Source: Planctomycetota bacterium
Lineage (GTDB): Bacteria > Planctomycetota > GCA-002687715 > DRQF01
Assembly (NCBI GenBank): GCA_047639315.1
Contig: JBLINQ010000002.1
Coordinates: forward strand, 6,634 to 70,633
Direction of reading: 5' to 3'
Length of the DNA: 64,000 bases
Part shown: positions 54,652 through 62,974 of the stretch, piece by piece
How positions within the stretch are numbered: the stretch's first letter is position 1
Layout: every line of letters begins with the position of its first letter
The notes under the pieces: model-generated
Told to the model about the DNA's origin: nothing
The model's database searches: none
What the model saw: only the letters and a program-made list of their open reading frames with translations
Position numbers and translations under genes: made by a program

Positions 54652-55617
54652 TTAGATCTCTTCAGCGAGAACTTTCAGCTTCTTGTAGGCCATCTTTGAG
54701 ATAAGCACGAGCCAAACATCATTGCACTTGCGGACCATGACGCCCCGTTGAGGGCAGCCAAGAAGGCAAGATTCTTTGGTCTTGGAGCTGGCGATCTCGT
54801 GCAAGCCCTTGGCAATTTCAGCCGATTGAGAGTCACAGATCACGTAGACGGAGAGGGTTTCGTCCTCACTCATCATGATCAAATGCGGCACTTCGATCGT
54901 TTTGCCGTTGAATTCGAGCCCAGTCCGGCGGGCACCGACCAACTCAAATCTCTCGGGCAAACACGGGATGTTGACGCTTTGCTTCATGCAATCCGAGGCC
55001 AATTTCGCCACCGTTGCTCGACGATCGTCGCGGTTGGTGGTCGAGTTTGGAGCAAAGAATGCGGAGCCGATTTGTCCCTTGAGACTCTGCTTGACGCACT
55101 CATAGCGACAATCATGGTCTTTTGACTTCTCAACAAGGAGTTTTGTAAAACGTGAGTCGCTGACTCGAACGACATCAATCAGTTGGGTTGAGGCGCTATT
55201 TGCGTCACTTGGAATCGTTGTGGGCCGGAGACCTCGGCTGTTGTCGAAGGCTCCGCTCATCCATGCGACAAGGAACATAATTCCTGCTGCGATAGGCATT
55301 TGCCACGTTTTCTTGAGGAACAAGAGAACTTTCGATTGACCGCCACTTGGAGCCGGATCGAGCTTGCTTTCAACAGATCCTTGTGTGCTGAGCCCGGCAT
55401 CTTTGCGGAATTGGGCCAGAATACGGCCTTTCGTGACCATGTCGGAGGATTCGTTCAAGAGATCCCGGCTTGTATCTTGGAATCGTGATTCGAATTCCAC
55501 CAGAGCCTGGGCTTCCTCTGAGGATTCCAAATAGACCTCGACTTCATGACGCTGGGCGTCGTCAAGCTCTCCATCCATGTATGAATAGACTAATTCTAAG
55601 AAGTCGTCGTGGGTCAC
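54652..55617 (-). CDS. anti-sigma factor (zf-HC2-like N-terminus, single TM)
   Basis: N-terminus FLELVYSYMDGELDDAQRHEVEVYLESSEEA with a central TM (MPIAAGIMFLVAWMSGAF). It is downstream of an ECF sigma gene and has a GTG start. Confidence 0.7.
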   Translation of the reverse strand: MTHDDFLELVYSYMDGELDDAQRHEVEVYLESSEEAQALVEFESRFQDTSRDLLNESSDMVTKGRILAQFRKDAGLSTQGSVESKLDPAPSGGQSKVLLFLKKTWQMPIAAGIMFLVAWMSGAFDNSRGLRPTTIPSDANSASTQLIDVVRVSDSRFTKLLVEKSKDHDCRYECVKQSLKGQIGSAFFAPNSTTNRDDRRATVAKLASDCMKQSVNIPCLPERFELVGARRTGLEFNGKTIEVPHLIMMSEDETLSVYVICDSQSAEIAKGLHEIASSKTKESCLLGCPQRGVMVRKCNDVWLVLISKMAYKKLKVLAEEI

Positions 55618-55889
55618 GGTTTTTCCTCGAATGCAACGAGCTGGGCGGACGAATCATGCAACAACGTGTGTCTTGTTGTCATCACAACAGGACACGGAGC
55701 CAAGCTCACTCCTGTAAGTTCTTTTGAACCTTCCATATTCCAAAAATCGAAAAATCTGTGGAGGAAGATCAATTTATTCACGATTTTCCGCAATAAATCC
55801 CACTCAGCGACCTCAATCAAGCTGTTTGCCGCATGCCATCCCCGAAGGGGTGTGGAACTTTTGTCACGACGAGCAGGGCTGTGCTTCAT
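55614..55889 (-). CDS. candidate 91-aa ORF sandwiched between the ECF sigma and anti-sigma genes
   Basis: Its ATG 55889-55887 overlaps the sigma stop (ATGA). Its TGA 55616-55614 overlaps the anti-sigma GTG start (GTGA). The sequence is MKHSPARRDKSSTPLRGWHAANSLIEVAEWDLLRKIVNKL..., with no family recognised. The stretch is AT-richer. Confidence 0.3.
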   Translation of the reverse strand: MKHSPARRDKSSTPLRGWHAANSLIEVAEWDLLRKIVNKLIFLHRFFDFWNMEGSKELTGVSLAPCPVVMTTRHTLLHDSSAQLVAFEEKP

Positions 55890-56512
55890 GGTCTTTTTCC
55901 CGTCGTATTTGTTGTTCTGGCCAATTCCGCAAAATGGGCCAGGCGTTCCTTGAGCATGCCGCGGGCACGAAACAATCGAGACATCACCGTGCCGACTGGG
56001 CAATCCAAGATCTCGGAGATTTCTCGGTACTTGAGATCTTCCAAGACATTCAGCATGAAAACGATGCGGAGGTGTTCGGGGAGATCCAAGAGCGCCTGCT
56101 TAATGCGCTCATCGATTTGCTCAAATATCGCCTCTTGCCGCTGAGGAAGCTCCAAACCGACTTCGCTGGATGGGTCGAGAGGTTCTTCCGCCACAATCTC
56201 GGCGGCAATTTCCATATCAACCGTGGGTCCCTGTCGCTTCTTCTTTCTGTACGAATTGACAAAGGCGTTCATGAGGATTTTGAAAATCCATGCCTTAAAA
56301 TTGCTATCAGGTTGGAAGCGATCGAAGAATCGAAGCCCTTTGAGCATCGTATCTTGGACTAAGTCCTCAGCGTCGTTGGCGTCTTTAGTCAGACGTTGAG
56401 CGGTCCGCAGCATGGCGTCCAGCTGAGGTGTCACGAGGTCTTCGAATTGTGTAGCTTGGTCGTTGATACCAGGGATCTTCTTCGGGAATTTCGACTGACC
56501 TGACTCGGACAC
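55886..56512 (-). CDS. ECF-type RNA polymerase sigma-70 factor
   Basis: Region 2 is DAEDLVQDTMLKGLRFFDRF...FKAWIFKILMNAFVNSYRK. Region 4 is LKYREISEILDCPVGTVMSRLFRARGMLKERL. Confidence 0.85.
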   Translation of the reverse strand: MSESGQSKFPKKIPGINDQATQFEDLVTPQLDAMLRTAQRLTKDANDAEDLVQDTMLKGLRFFDRFQPDSNFKAWIFKILMNAFVNSYRKKKRQGPTVDMEIAAEIVAEEPLDPSSEVGLELPQRQEAIFEQIDERIKQALLDLPEHLRIVFMLNVLEDLKYREISEILDCPVGTVMSRLFRARGMLKERLAHFAELARTTNTTGKRP

Positions 56513-56620
56513 ACAGTGGTTTTATAGCACAAAGGGGCTCTTTACCGAGACCCTGGCCGATGACAAAATGGCCCTGGCGACCACTGGGGTCGGTCTCGGA
56601 ACTAGGAACCGACATCCAAA

Positions 56621-58396
56621 ATGCGTTTTATCGGCATTGCACTCTTCGCCATAACTCTTCTGTGCACCCTTCCAGGGCTAGGAGAGCGTGATTTCTGGCC
56701 ACCTGATGGTGCACGCTATGCCGGTGTTGCTCGAGAAATGTTCCGTAACCAAGATTACGCTGTGCCGCATCTGAATCAGGAGATTTATGGCGACAAGCCA
56801 CCTGGTTATTTCTGGGGTGTGCAAGTGGCCGCTTGGTTTCGAGGAAGTGTTGACGAGGGCACGGCCCGTCTCCCTTCTATTTGGGCCGCACTTTGCCTTG
56901 TTGTCTTGGTGGGAATGGTGGTCGCCAAGGCGACTGGAGCTCATGCCGGATTCCTGTCGGGCATGGCGCTATTAGGGACATGGAGTTTCGCCTGGCAAGC
57001 TCGCTATGCTCAACTCGACCTCCTATTTGCCGCCTTTATCTCTCTCTCCGCCCTGACCGGTTTCAAGGCGCTTGAGGAGAATCGGTCGAAGCTCTTGGCC
57101 TTAGCCTGCCTGTGGCTCGGGTTCGCGATTCTGGTGAAAGGCCCGCTCGCACTTCTGGTCATTCCTTTGCTTCTCCTTTGGCGTTATTTCGGCAAACCCG
57201 AAAGAGCCGAAGGTGCCAGTTTTGGGAGTGCGTGCTTGTGGGGCGGCTGCTTTCTTCTTTTGCCCGTTCTCTGTTGGATGTTCTGGGCTGCCCAAACTCA
57301 CGGTTTCGCTTATGTGAGCGAGGACCTACTCCAAAGAAATGTATTGGACCGCGCCAGGAACGGTCTCGCACATCAACAAAATTGGCACTTTTACTTCCGC
57401 AGGCTCCCCGCTTTTTGGGCTCCATGGATCTTGTTCTTGCCCCTGTATTGCTCTCGCCATGTACGCGGATTGCTCGGCGAGAAAGGCCGTCGGCTATGTG
57501 GGTTCTCCGCCCTTTGGATTTGTTTCTTCCTTCTTTTGCAGTCCTTGTTTCCGGGGAAGCGGAGCGTCTACACCTTCATATTCTGTGCCCCTGTTGCCAT
57601 CTTGCTTGGCCACGCCATGGCTGCAGCTGTGAATGTGAAAGCTCGACAGACACAAAAGTTTTTGGCTTCATCTGTTCTCTTCTTATTGGCCACTCTGTTC
57701 TTCATGGTCGGATCGATCGTCCTCATTGGATGTGTTGATTCGACGGTGATCGAAGGGGTTAAGGAACTGGTCGAGAGTAAGTTCACAGTTGATCTGGCGG
57801 CCACTTGGGAAAGCCTCAAATTGCCCGTTCCGAGGGACATGTTCTGGTCCGCTTTTCAATCCGACTTTCGTCTCATTGCCCTTGCTATGGCTGCCGGTGG
57901 TTTGAGTGTTTTGGGGCTGCTGATTCGCCGGAAACTTGATTATGCCATTGACCTGATGGCCCTGGTACTGGCCATAACCCTTGGATTAGCATTCGGCTAT
58001 GGCGCACCGTGGCTCGATGCGTCTCGGTCACGTCAGGACCTTGCCCAGAACATCAACCGCATCGTGGGGCCCGGAGAGCTCGCCATTTTCCGCCATACCG
58101 ACGAAGGTCTTCTTTTTTACTTGGATCGCCATCTGCCAGAATTGACTGGTGATCTTTCGACTCTTCAGGCTGAAGAGGACTCGGACGAGAGGCGAACTGA
58201 ACTCCTAAATCTGGCAGACGTTGAGGCCGCTACTTGGATGAAGCAAAACAGCAAGCGCTTCCTTTTGATCAGGCAGGTGGACCGTGAAGCGCTGCCGCGA
58301 TTTGGTACGACGGACTACGTCGTCGTTCACAGCCAGAGAGTTGGTTCGAAAAGATGGTATGATCTCGTCAAGCTAACCAAGGGAGCCAGCAAGTGA
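56621..58396 (+). CDS. ArnT/PMT-like glycosyltransferase family 39 membrane protein
   Basis: N-terminus DFWPPDGARYAGVAREMFRNQDYAVPHLNQEIYGDKPPGYFW is the typical GT39/GT83 loop. The protein has more than 10 TM helices and 591 aa. Confidence 0.8.
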   Translation: MRFIGIALFAITLLCTLPGLGERDFWPPDGARYAGVAREMFRNQDYAVPHLNQEIYGDKPPGYFWGVQVAAWFRGSVDEGTARLPSIWAALCLVVLVGMVVAKATGAHAGFLSGMALLGTWSFAWQARYAQLDLLFAAFISLSALTGFKALEENRSKLLALACLWLGFAILVKGPLALLVIPLLLLWRYFGKPERAEGASFGSACLWGGCFLLLPVLCWMFWAAQTHGFAYVSEDLLQRNVLDRARNGLAHQQNWHFYFRRLPAFWAPWILFLPLYCSRHVRGLLGEKGRRLCGFSALWICFFLLLQSLFPGKRSVYTFIFCAPVAILLGHAMAAAVNVKARQTQKFLASSVLFLLATLFFMVGSIVLIGCVDSTVIEGVKELVESKFTVDLAATWESLKLPVPRDMFWSAFQSDFRLIALAMAAGGLSVLGLLIRRKLDYAIDLMALVLAITLGLAFGYGAPWLDASRSRQDLAQNINRIVGPGELAIFRHTDEGLLFYLDRHLPELTGDLSTLQAEEDSDERRTELLNLADVEAATWMKQNSKRFLLIRQVDREALPRFGTTDYVVVHSQRVGSKRWYDLVKLTKGASK

Positions 58397-59205
58397 CGGC
58401 CGTAGAAATTTCAGTCGTCGTTCCTCTCTTCAACGAGGAAGACAACGTCCAGCCTTTGCTCGACGAGCTGCTACCGGTCTTGGCCGGCATCACCGCCCAC
58501 TTCGAAGTGTTACTGATCGATGATGGCTCTACTGATACCACTGCCCAGCGCATCGCAGAGAATGTTCGCCAACATCCTCAAATTATCAGGCATTTGTCGA
58601 TGCGTCAGAATACCGGCCAAACCGCTGCCATTGAAGCCGGCTTTCGGGCATCCTTAGGCCGACTTCTCGTCATGATGGATGGCGATCTTCAGGTCGACTC
58701 ACAAGACATTCCCATGATGATTGAGAAGACGAAGGAGTTTGATCTTGTGCACGGCTGGCGCTGGCAACGGAAAGACACGCCGTTTAAGAGATTGCAGACG
58801 GCGGTCGCCAATGGGGTTCGTAACCGACTGACGAAATCGGATGTTCGCGACACAGGGTGTCCACTCAAGGTATTCCGCCGTGAAGTTGTAGAGAGCTTCA
58901 AGCTCTACACCGGTATGCATCGCTTCTTTGTCACTTTGGCGCGCATGGAGGGCTTTTCCACATGTGAGGTCAAAGTGAAGCATCGGCCTCGATTTGCCGG
59001 GGTCAGCAAGTACGGCATGTGGAATCGAGTTTTTCGCGCCTTTCGTGATCTCTTTGCCATTCGATGGATGATGGCCCGCCGATATCGCTTGGATTTCGAG
59101 GAAATCGAGGCACCTGCGGAGAAATCAAAGGGCGCAAATCCGGTCACAGAGAGCGCAAATGGCAATTCTGGCGAAGATTTGGAAATTTCGACGCCTGGGT
59201 GTTGA
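58393..59205 (+). CDS. polyprenol-phosphate glycosyltransferase (GT2, ArnC/DPM1-like)
   Basis: ISVVVPLFNEEDNV...FEVLLIDDGSTDTT...MDGDLQ motifs. It has a 4-nt overlap with the upstream GT39 gene. Confidence 0.8.
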   Translation: MTAVEISVVVPLFNEEDNVQPLLDELLPVLAGITAHFEVLLIDDGSTDTTAQRIAENVRQHPQIIRHLSMRQNTGQTAAIEAGFRASLGRLLVMMDGDLQVDSQDIPMMIEKTKEFDLVHGWRWQRKDTPFKRLQTAVANGVRNRLTKSDVRDTGCPLKVFRREVVESFKLYTGMHRFFVTLARMEGFSTCEVKVKHRPRFAGVSKYGMWNRVFRAFRDLFAIRWMMARRYRLDFEEIEAPAEKSKGANPVTESANGNSGEDLEISTPGC

Positions 59206-59242
59206 GTCTCATTTGCCCCCCCGTTAAATTGCGCCCACGCGA

Positions 59243-59316
59243 GCACCCGTAGCTCAACTGGATAGAGTACCTGGCTACGAACCAGGCGGTTCCAGGTTCG
59301 AATCCTGGCGGGTGCA
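59243..59316 (+). tRNA. tRNA-Arg (anticodon ACG)
   Basis: I folded the cloverleaf manually. Acceptor stem GCACCCG/CGGGTGC plus discriminator A. D arm GCTC-AACTGGATA-GAGT. Anticodon arm CCTGG-CTACGAA-CCAGG. Variable loop CGGTT. T arm CCAGG-TTCGAAT-CCTGG. 74 nt, with no encoded CCA. Confidence 0.9.
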
Positions 59317-59322
59317 CTTAAA

Positions 59323-59353
59323 GTCACGAGTTTAATGCTCGTGGCTTTTTTTT
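59323..59353 (+). terminator. rho-independent terminator after tRNA-Arg
   Basis: GTCACGAG-TTTAATG-CTCGTGGC is an 8-bp stem including one G-U pair, followed by T8. Confidence 0.8.
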
Positions 59354-59381
59354 GTCGCCATTTTCGGTGGCTGGTTTGGAT

Positions 59382-59969
59382 TTAACGAGATCGCTGGATC
59401 CGGCGCCTGATTTGCCAAATCAACACGATCGTGGCGACGACGCCCAGCCCCAAGAGCCAGGGCCCATAGGTCGATCCCAAAACTTGAAATTTCCGAATCT
59501 GAGTCAGAGTTTCCAGGCCCGCGCCGGCGATTGCGCACAAGATTGTGTTCGGAAAAGTTCCAACCAAGGTTCCCAGTGCGATGGACCAAAGGGGGATGGA
59601 CGTCACGCCCAGGACATAGTTCGACGGCCCCGATGGGAAGATAGGGGAAAGCCGGAGCAGTATGACCCCTTTCCAACCTTCTCGACTGAGCGCTCGCTCG
59701 ATTCCTTGGATTCTTGCGTAATTGCCTATCTTCTTCTGGACGAAGTCGCGGATGAAATAGCGGGACAGGAAGCTACAAGTGAATGCGGTGAAGCTGCGGG
59801 AGAACATGGCGAGGGGGATCGCCACGGGCAGGGGCAGGAGAAAACCGGAGGCCACGCTCAAGAATGTTGCCGGCACAAATAGGGCATTCAAAGTGACGAA
59901 AACGACGAAATACAACGATGCGCGGGGTAGTGTCTCCATCGCAATCAAGGTGGCGATTAAGTCATCCAC
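59382..59969 (-). CDS. TVP38/TMEM64 (DedA/SNARE-associated) family membrane protein
   Basis: Polytopic, 195 aa. The motif GVILLRLSPIFPSGPSNYVLGVTSI is characteristic of the TVP38/DedA family. Confidence 0.7.
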   Translation of the reverse strand: MDDLIATLIAMETLPRASLYFVVFVTLNALFVPATFLSVASGFLLPLPVAIPLAMFSRSFTAFTCSFLSRYFIRDFVQKKIGNYARIQGIERALSREGWKGVILLRLSPIFPSGPSNYVLGVTSIPLWSIALGTLVGTFPNTILCAIAGAGLETLTQIRKFQVLGSTYGPWLLGLGVVATIVLIWQIRRRIQRSR

Positions 59970-59988
59970 GTGCCGTCGTCTCCATCAT

Positions 59989-61434
59989 TCACGATGCGGG
60001 CGGCGCGTTCTCAAGAACAATGCTCTCGAGCGTCTCGATCCAAGCCGGGTGATCATTCAAGGCCGGTGTCACGATCATCAGTTCGCCACCAGCTTCCTCA
60101 AAGTCTTCGCGTAAACTGATCGCAACTTCTTCAAGGGTCTCAAGGCAATCGGCGGTGAAGCCGGGCAGCACGATTTGTATGCGTGGTTTTTCTTTGGCAA
60201 TCGAAACGGTGTATTCGTCCAAGTACGGTTGCAGCCACGGCTCGTCGCCGAAGCGTGACTGAAAGATCAGCTCCCACTCATTTCTTTCGAACCCAAGAGC
60301 CTCAGCCAAGGCCCAGGCTGTTCGCTTGCATTCAACGAGATAGGAGTCGCCCTTCTTAACGTAGCTTTCCGGGATTCCATGAAAACTGAAAATCGTGAGA
60401 TCGACAGGACGGTCGCCACGAGCCTCTCGAGTCGTTTGGGCAACGGCGTCGATGTACTTGGGGTGATCGCAGTAGCATGGAAGCCAGTGCATCTTGACTT
60501 GGTCGCGTTTCTCAACCATCAAGCGAGCCATTTCAGCTTGGACGGTGCCAACGGTGGTGTTGCTGTATTGCGGGAACATCGACAGAAGTTGGATGACTTC
60601 GCAGCCAGAGGCTGCCAACTTATCAATACCGTGTCGCATGCTTGGGCTGCCGTAACGCATCGCAAGTACGACTTCGAAGCGATCGCTATCTAATCTTTGC
60701 CGCAGGCCATCAGCCGCCATCTTGCTGAAGTGGAGCAGTGGGGAGCCATAGTCGTCATGCCAGATCTTCTGATACATCCGGGCCGACTTCGGACTGCGGA
60801 ATGGCAAGATGATGACATTGAGGACGAAGGCCCACACGCCGCGGTTGACTTCAATGACACGCTCATCGCTGAGGAATTCGGCCAGGTAGCGTTTTACGTC
60901 TTTTGTCGACGGCGAATCAGGAGTTCCTAAGTTGACCAGCAGGACGCCGACTTTTCGCGTGTAGGGCTCTGGGCGATCATCGGTATTGAGCAGCATGGGT
61001 TTGCGGTCAGAGGCGAAGTAAACATAGGCGGCAACAGCCAGCGCCACGCCAATACCAACATAGAGAGCGCCAACACCGGTGTAGCCCCCGAGCATGCCTT
61101 TCTCAGCACCAGACCGCAGCAGTTTACCCAAACCGATCATCAACAGGATGACGAAGCAGAAGGTGAGGGAAAACACGTTCCAAACACGAGGGGCGCTCAG
61201 TGCCTTGATGCGACGGATGTTACGTCTTGCCGTTCGTGACAAGATGAATGTTCCCTTGAGGAATCCAATCGTAAGGCCAATGAGGATCGCTGTGACTGCG
61301 ACAGACGGGTCTAAGGGGTCGGACGCCGGCCGTTCACCGAACATCATGGCAAAGCCGCGACTGGCCAGCATGACGCCGATTGCGATCCAGACTACGCCAG
61401 CCACATATTTCAGGGTGTTCGTACGAACTCTCAA
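59989..61434 (-). CDS. hemH: ferrochelatase with ~150-aa N-terminal four-helix membrane extension
   Basis: The ferrochelatase core starts at KVGVLLVNLGTPDSPSTKDVKRYLAEFLSDERVIE. Later motifs are SMFPQYS and FSFHGIP. The preceding ~150 aa form about four hydrophobic helices in the same frame with no stop. Confidence 0.85.
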   Translation of the reverse strand: MRVRTNTLKYVAGVVWIAIGVMLASRGFAMMFGERPASDPLDPSVAVTAILIGLTIGFLKGTFILSRTARRNIRRIKALSAPRVWNVFSLTFCFVILLMIGLGKLLRSGAEKGMLGGYTGVGALYVGIGVALAVAAYVYFASDRKPMLLNTDDRPEPYTRKVGVLLVNLGTPDSPSTKDVKRYLAEFLSDERVIEVNRGVWAFVLNVIILPFRSPKSARMYQKIWHDDYGSPLLHFSKMAADGLRQRLDSDRFEVVLAMRYGSPSMRHGIDKLAASGCEVIQLLSMFPQYSNTTVGTVQAEMARLMVEKRDQVKMHWLPCYCDHPKYIDAVAQTTREARGDRPVDLTIFSFHGIPESYVKKGDSYLVECKRTAWALAEALGFERNEWELIFQSRFGDEPWLQPYLDEYTVSIAKEKPRIQIVLPGFTADCLETLEEVAISLREDFEEAGGELMIVTPALNDHPAWIETLESIVLENAPPAS

Positions 61435-61646
61435 TGCAAACCTCGATCTTCGCTTGGATAGGACAGTACTCTAATAGATAGCACTTATCCTGGGTGATCA
61501 AAGCAGTGGAAGCCTTCGTTGGCAAGAGGCGGGCCATGCATTTCCCCCGATTCGTTGGGGAATCCCAATCTCGACATGGACAGGATGCCATGTAGGATGG
61601 GGCGGGGATCAGCTACTTTATTCAGACATGAGAAGGGAAAGCAAAG

Positions 61647-62921
61647 ATGGGCCTGAGGCGCAACCAAATCGCGAATGCTATTTTCGTCGCTGTTTTCATC
61701 CTTGTCCTCCTTGCGCCTCATTTGACGAGAGGATTTCTGGAAAGCACTTTCGCCAAGGATGCCAGTGATTCGGGGCTAGGCTGGGCTACCAAGCCCGTGG
61801 CCCACTTGGTTAGCCCGAAGGACAACAGTGCTCTGATTGATGGCTCCTACGCTCGTGCTGTCGATGAGCACATGAAGGAGACTCTTTTTAGCCGCTACCT
61901 CACGGCCGTGGGCAACGAAGTACTCTATTCCAGCTTCGAGACTTTTCGCAGGCCATGGATTCGGGGTAGCGACGGGTGGGTTTTCTGGCAAAGCGGTTTA
62001 GATCACGTGGCCAGAATTCACAATCAAGCAGAAACCCAAATTCGAATCGAGGGCATGGCAGCAATGTTGGAGTTGGTCCAGCTTTGCCTCAGCTCGAAAG
62101 GCGTTGAGACGGTCGTTGTGACGATCCCAAAGAAGGCTAGTCTCTGCTCGGAGTTTCTACCTCGCGGCCGTCATGAACGTGAGGCCGACGGTTTTGTCGA
62201 TCCGGTTTGGGAACAGCTGATGGACGCCTGTCGTCGCCACAAAGTAAATGCCATTGATATGCGTCCACACCTGCGTGAACTCATCGGCCAGGGTGAGTTC
62301 CCTTTCTTCAAGAAGGGGACGCACTTGGCACCTGCTGGCATCAAAGAAGTATCGAACATGGTTGCTGCCAAGATTCGTCAAGATTTGCCCACCATGAAGG
62401 ATCGGGTCGGCGATCCATCGGAGGTTGAGATTGTCGCTCGCCAGCACACAACGGACGCAGCCTACCTGATGGGTTTTCGCACCAATCGCGATTGCGGTCC
62501 TGAATTCCGCTTCGAACTGGAACGGGAGGAGTATCCCCACGCGAAACTCAACGTCCTCAAAGATGCTGAAGTCGCGCTGGCCGGAACGAGTTTTAGCTCA
62601 CGATACGGTGATCGGATGAAAGGCAAAGCGAACCTGGCTCGATCGCTCAGTTGGCAGCTACAAACGACCGTTCATGATCGCGCGATTCATGGTGGTGGCC
62701 CGATCAAGGGTTTGGTCGAAATCCTAAAAAGTATGGATCAACTACCGCAACTCAAAGTCGTCGTGATCGAGTTTCCGTTTCGTCAATGCTTCGCCAACGA
62801 TTGGAACGAATTGGGGCGCATTCTGTGTGAGATCCCTTGGACTCGTCAGATCCTCGTCGAATTTGCCCAGAAGCATCCAGGCGACCAAGCGAATTTCGAA
62901 GAATGGACTCGCCGCAGATGA
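61647..62921 (+). CDS. AlgJ/AlgX-like SGNH-fold protein (polysaccharide O-acetylation accessory protein)
   Basis: N-terminal TM followed by IRGSDGWVFWQSG, the typical 'G.dgWLF' motif of AlgJ/DHHW proteins. KGTHLAPAG sits where DTHWTP is normally found. It is immediately upstream of an MBOAT gene. Confidence 0.5.
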   Translation: MGLRRNQIANAIFVAVFILVLLAPHLTRGFLESTFAKDASDSGLGWATKPVAHLVSPKDNSALIDGSYARAVDEHMKETLFSRYLTAVGNEVLYSSFETFRRPWIRGSDGWVFWQSGLDHVARIHNQAETQIRIEGMAAMLELVQLCLSSKGVETVVVTIPKKASLCSEFLPRGRHEREADGFVDPVWEQLMDACRRHKVNAIDMRPHLRELIGQGEFPFFKKGTHLAPAGIKEVSNMVAAKIRQDLPTMKDRVGDPSEVEIVARQHTTDAAYLMGFRTNRDCGPEFRFELEREEYPHAKLNVLKDAEVALAGTSFSSRYGDRMKGKANLARSLSWQLQTTVHDRAIHGGGPIKGLVEILKSMDQLPQLKVVVIEFPFRQCFANDWNELGRILCEIPWTRQILVEFAQKHPGDQANFEEWTRRR

Positions 62922-62974
62922 GGCGTGGGACACAGGCAGTGAGCTTGACGACAAACGAGCGTAGAAACTGAACC

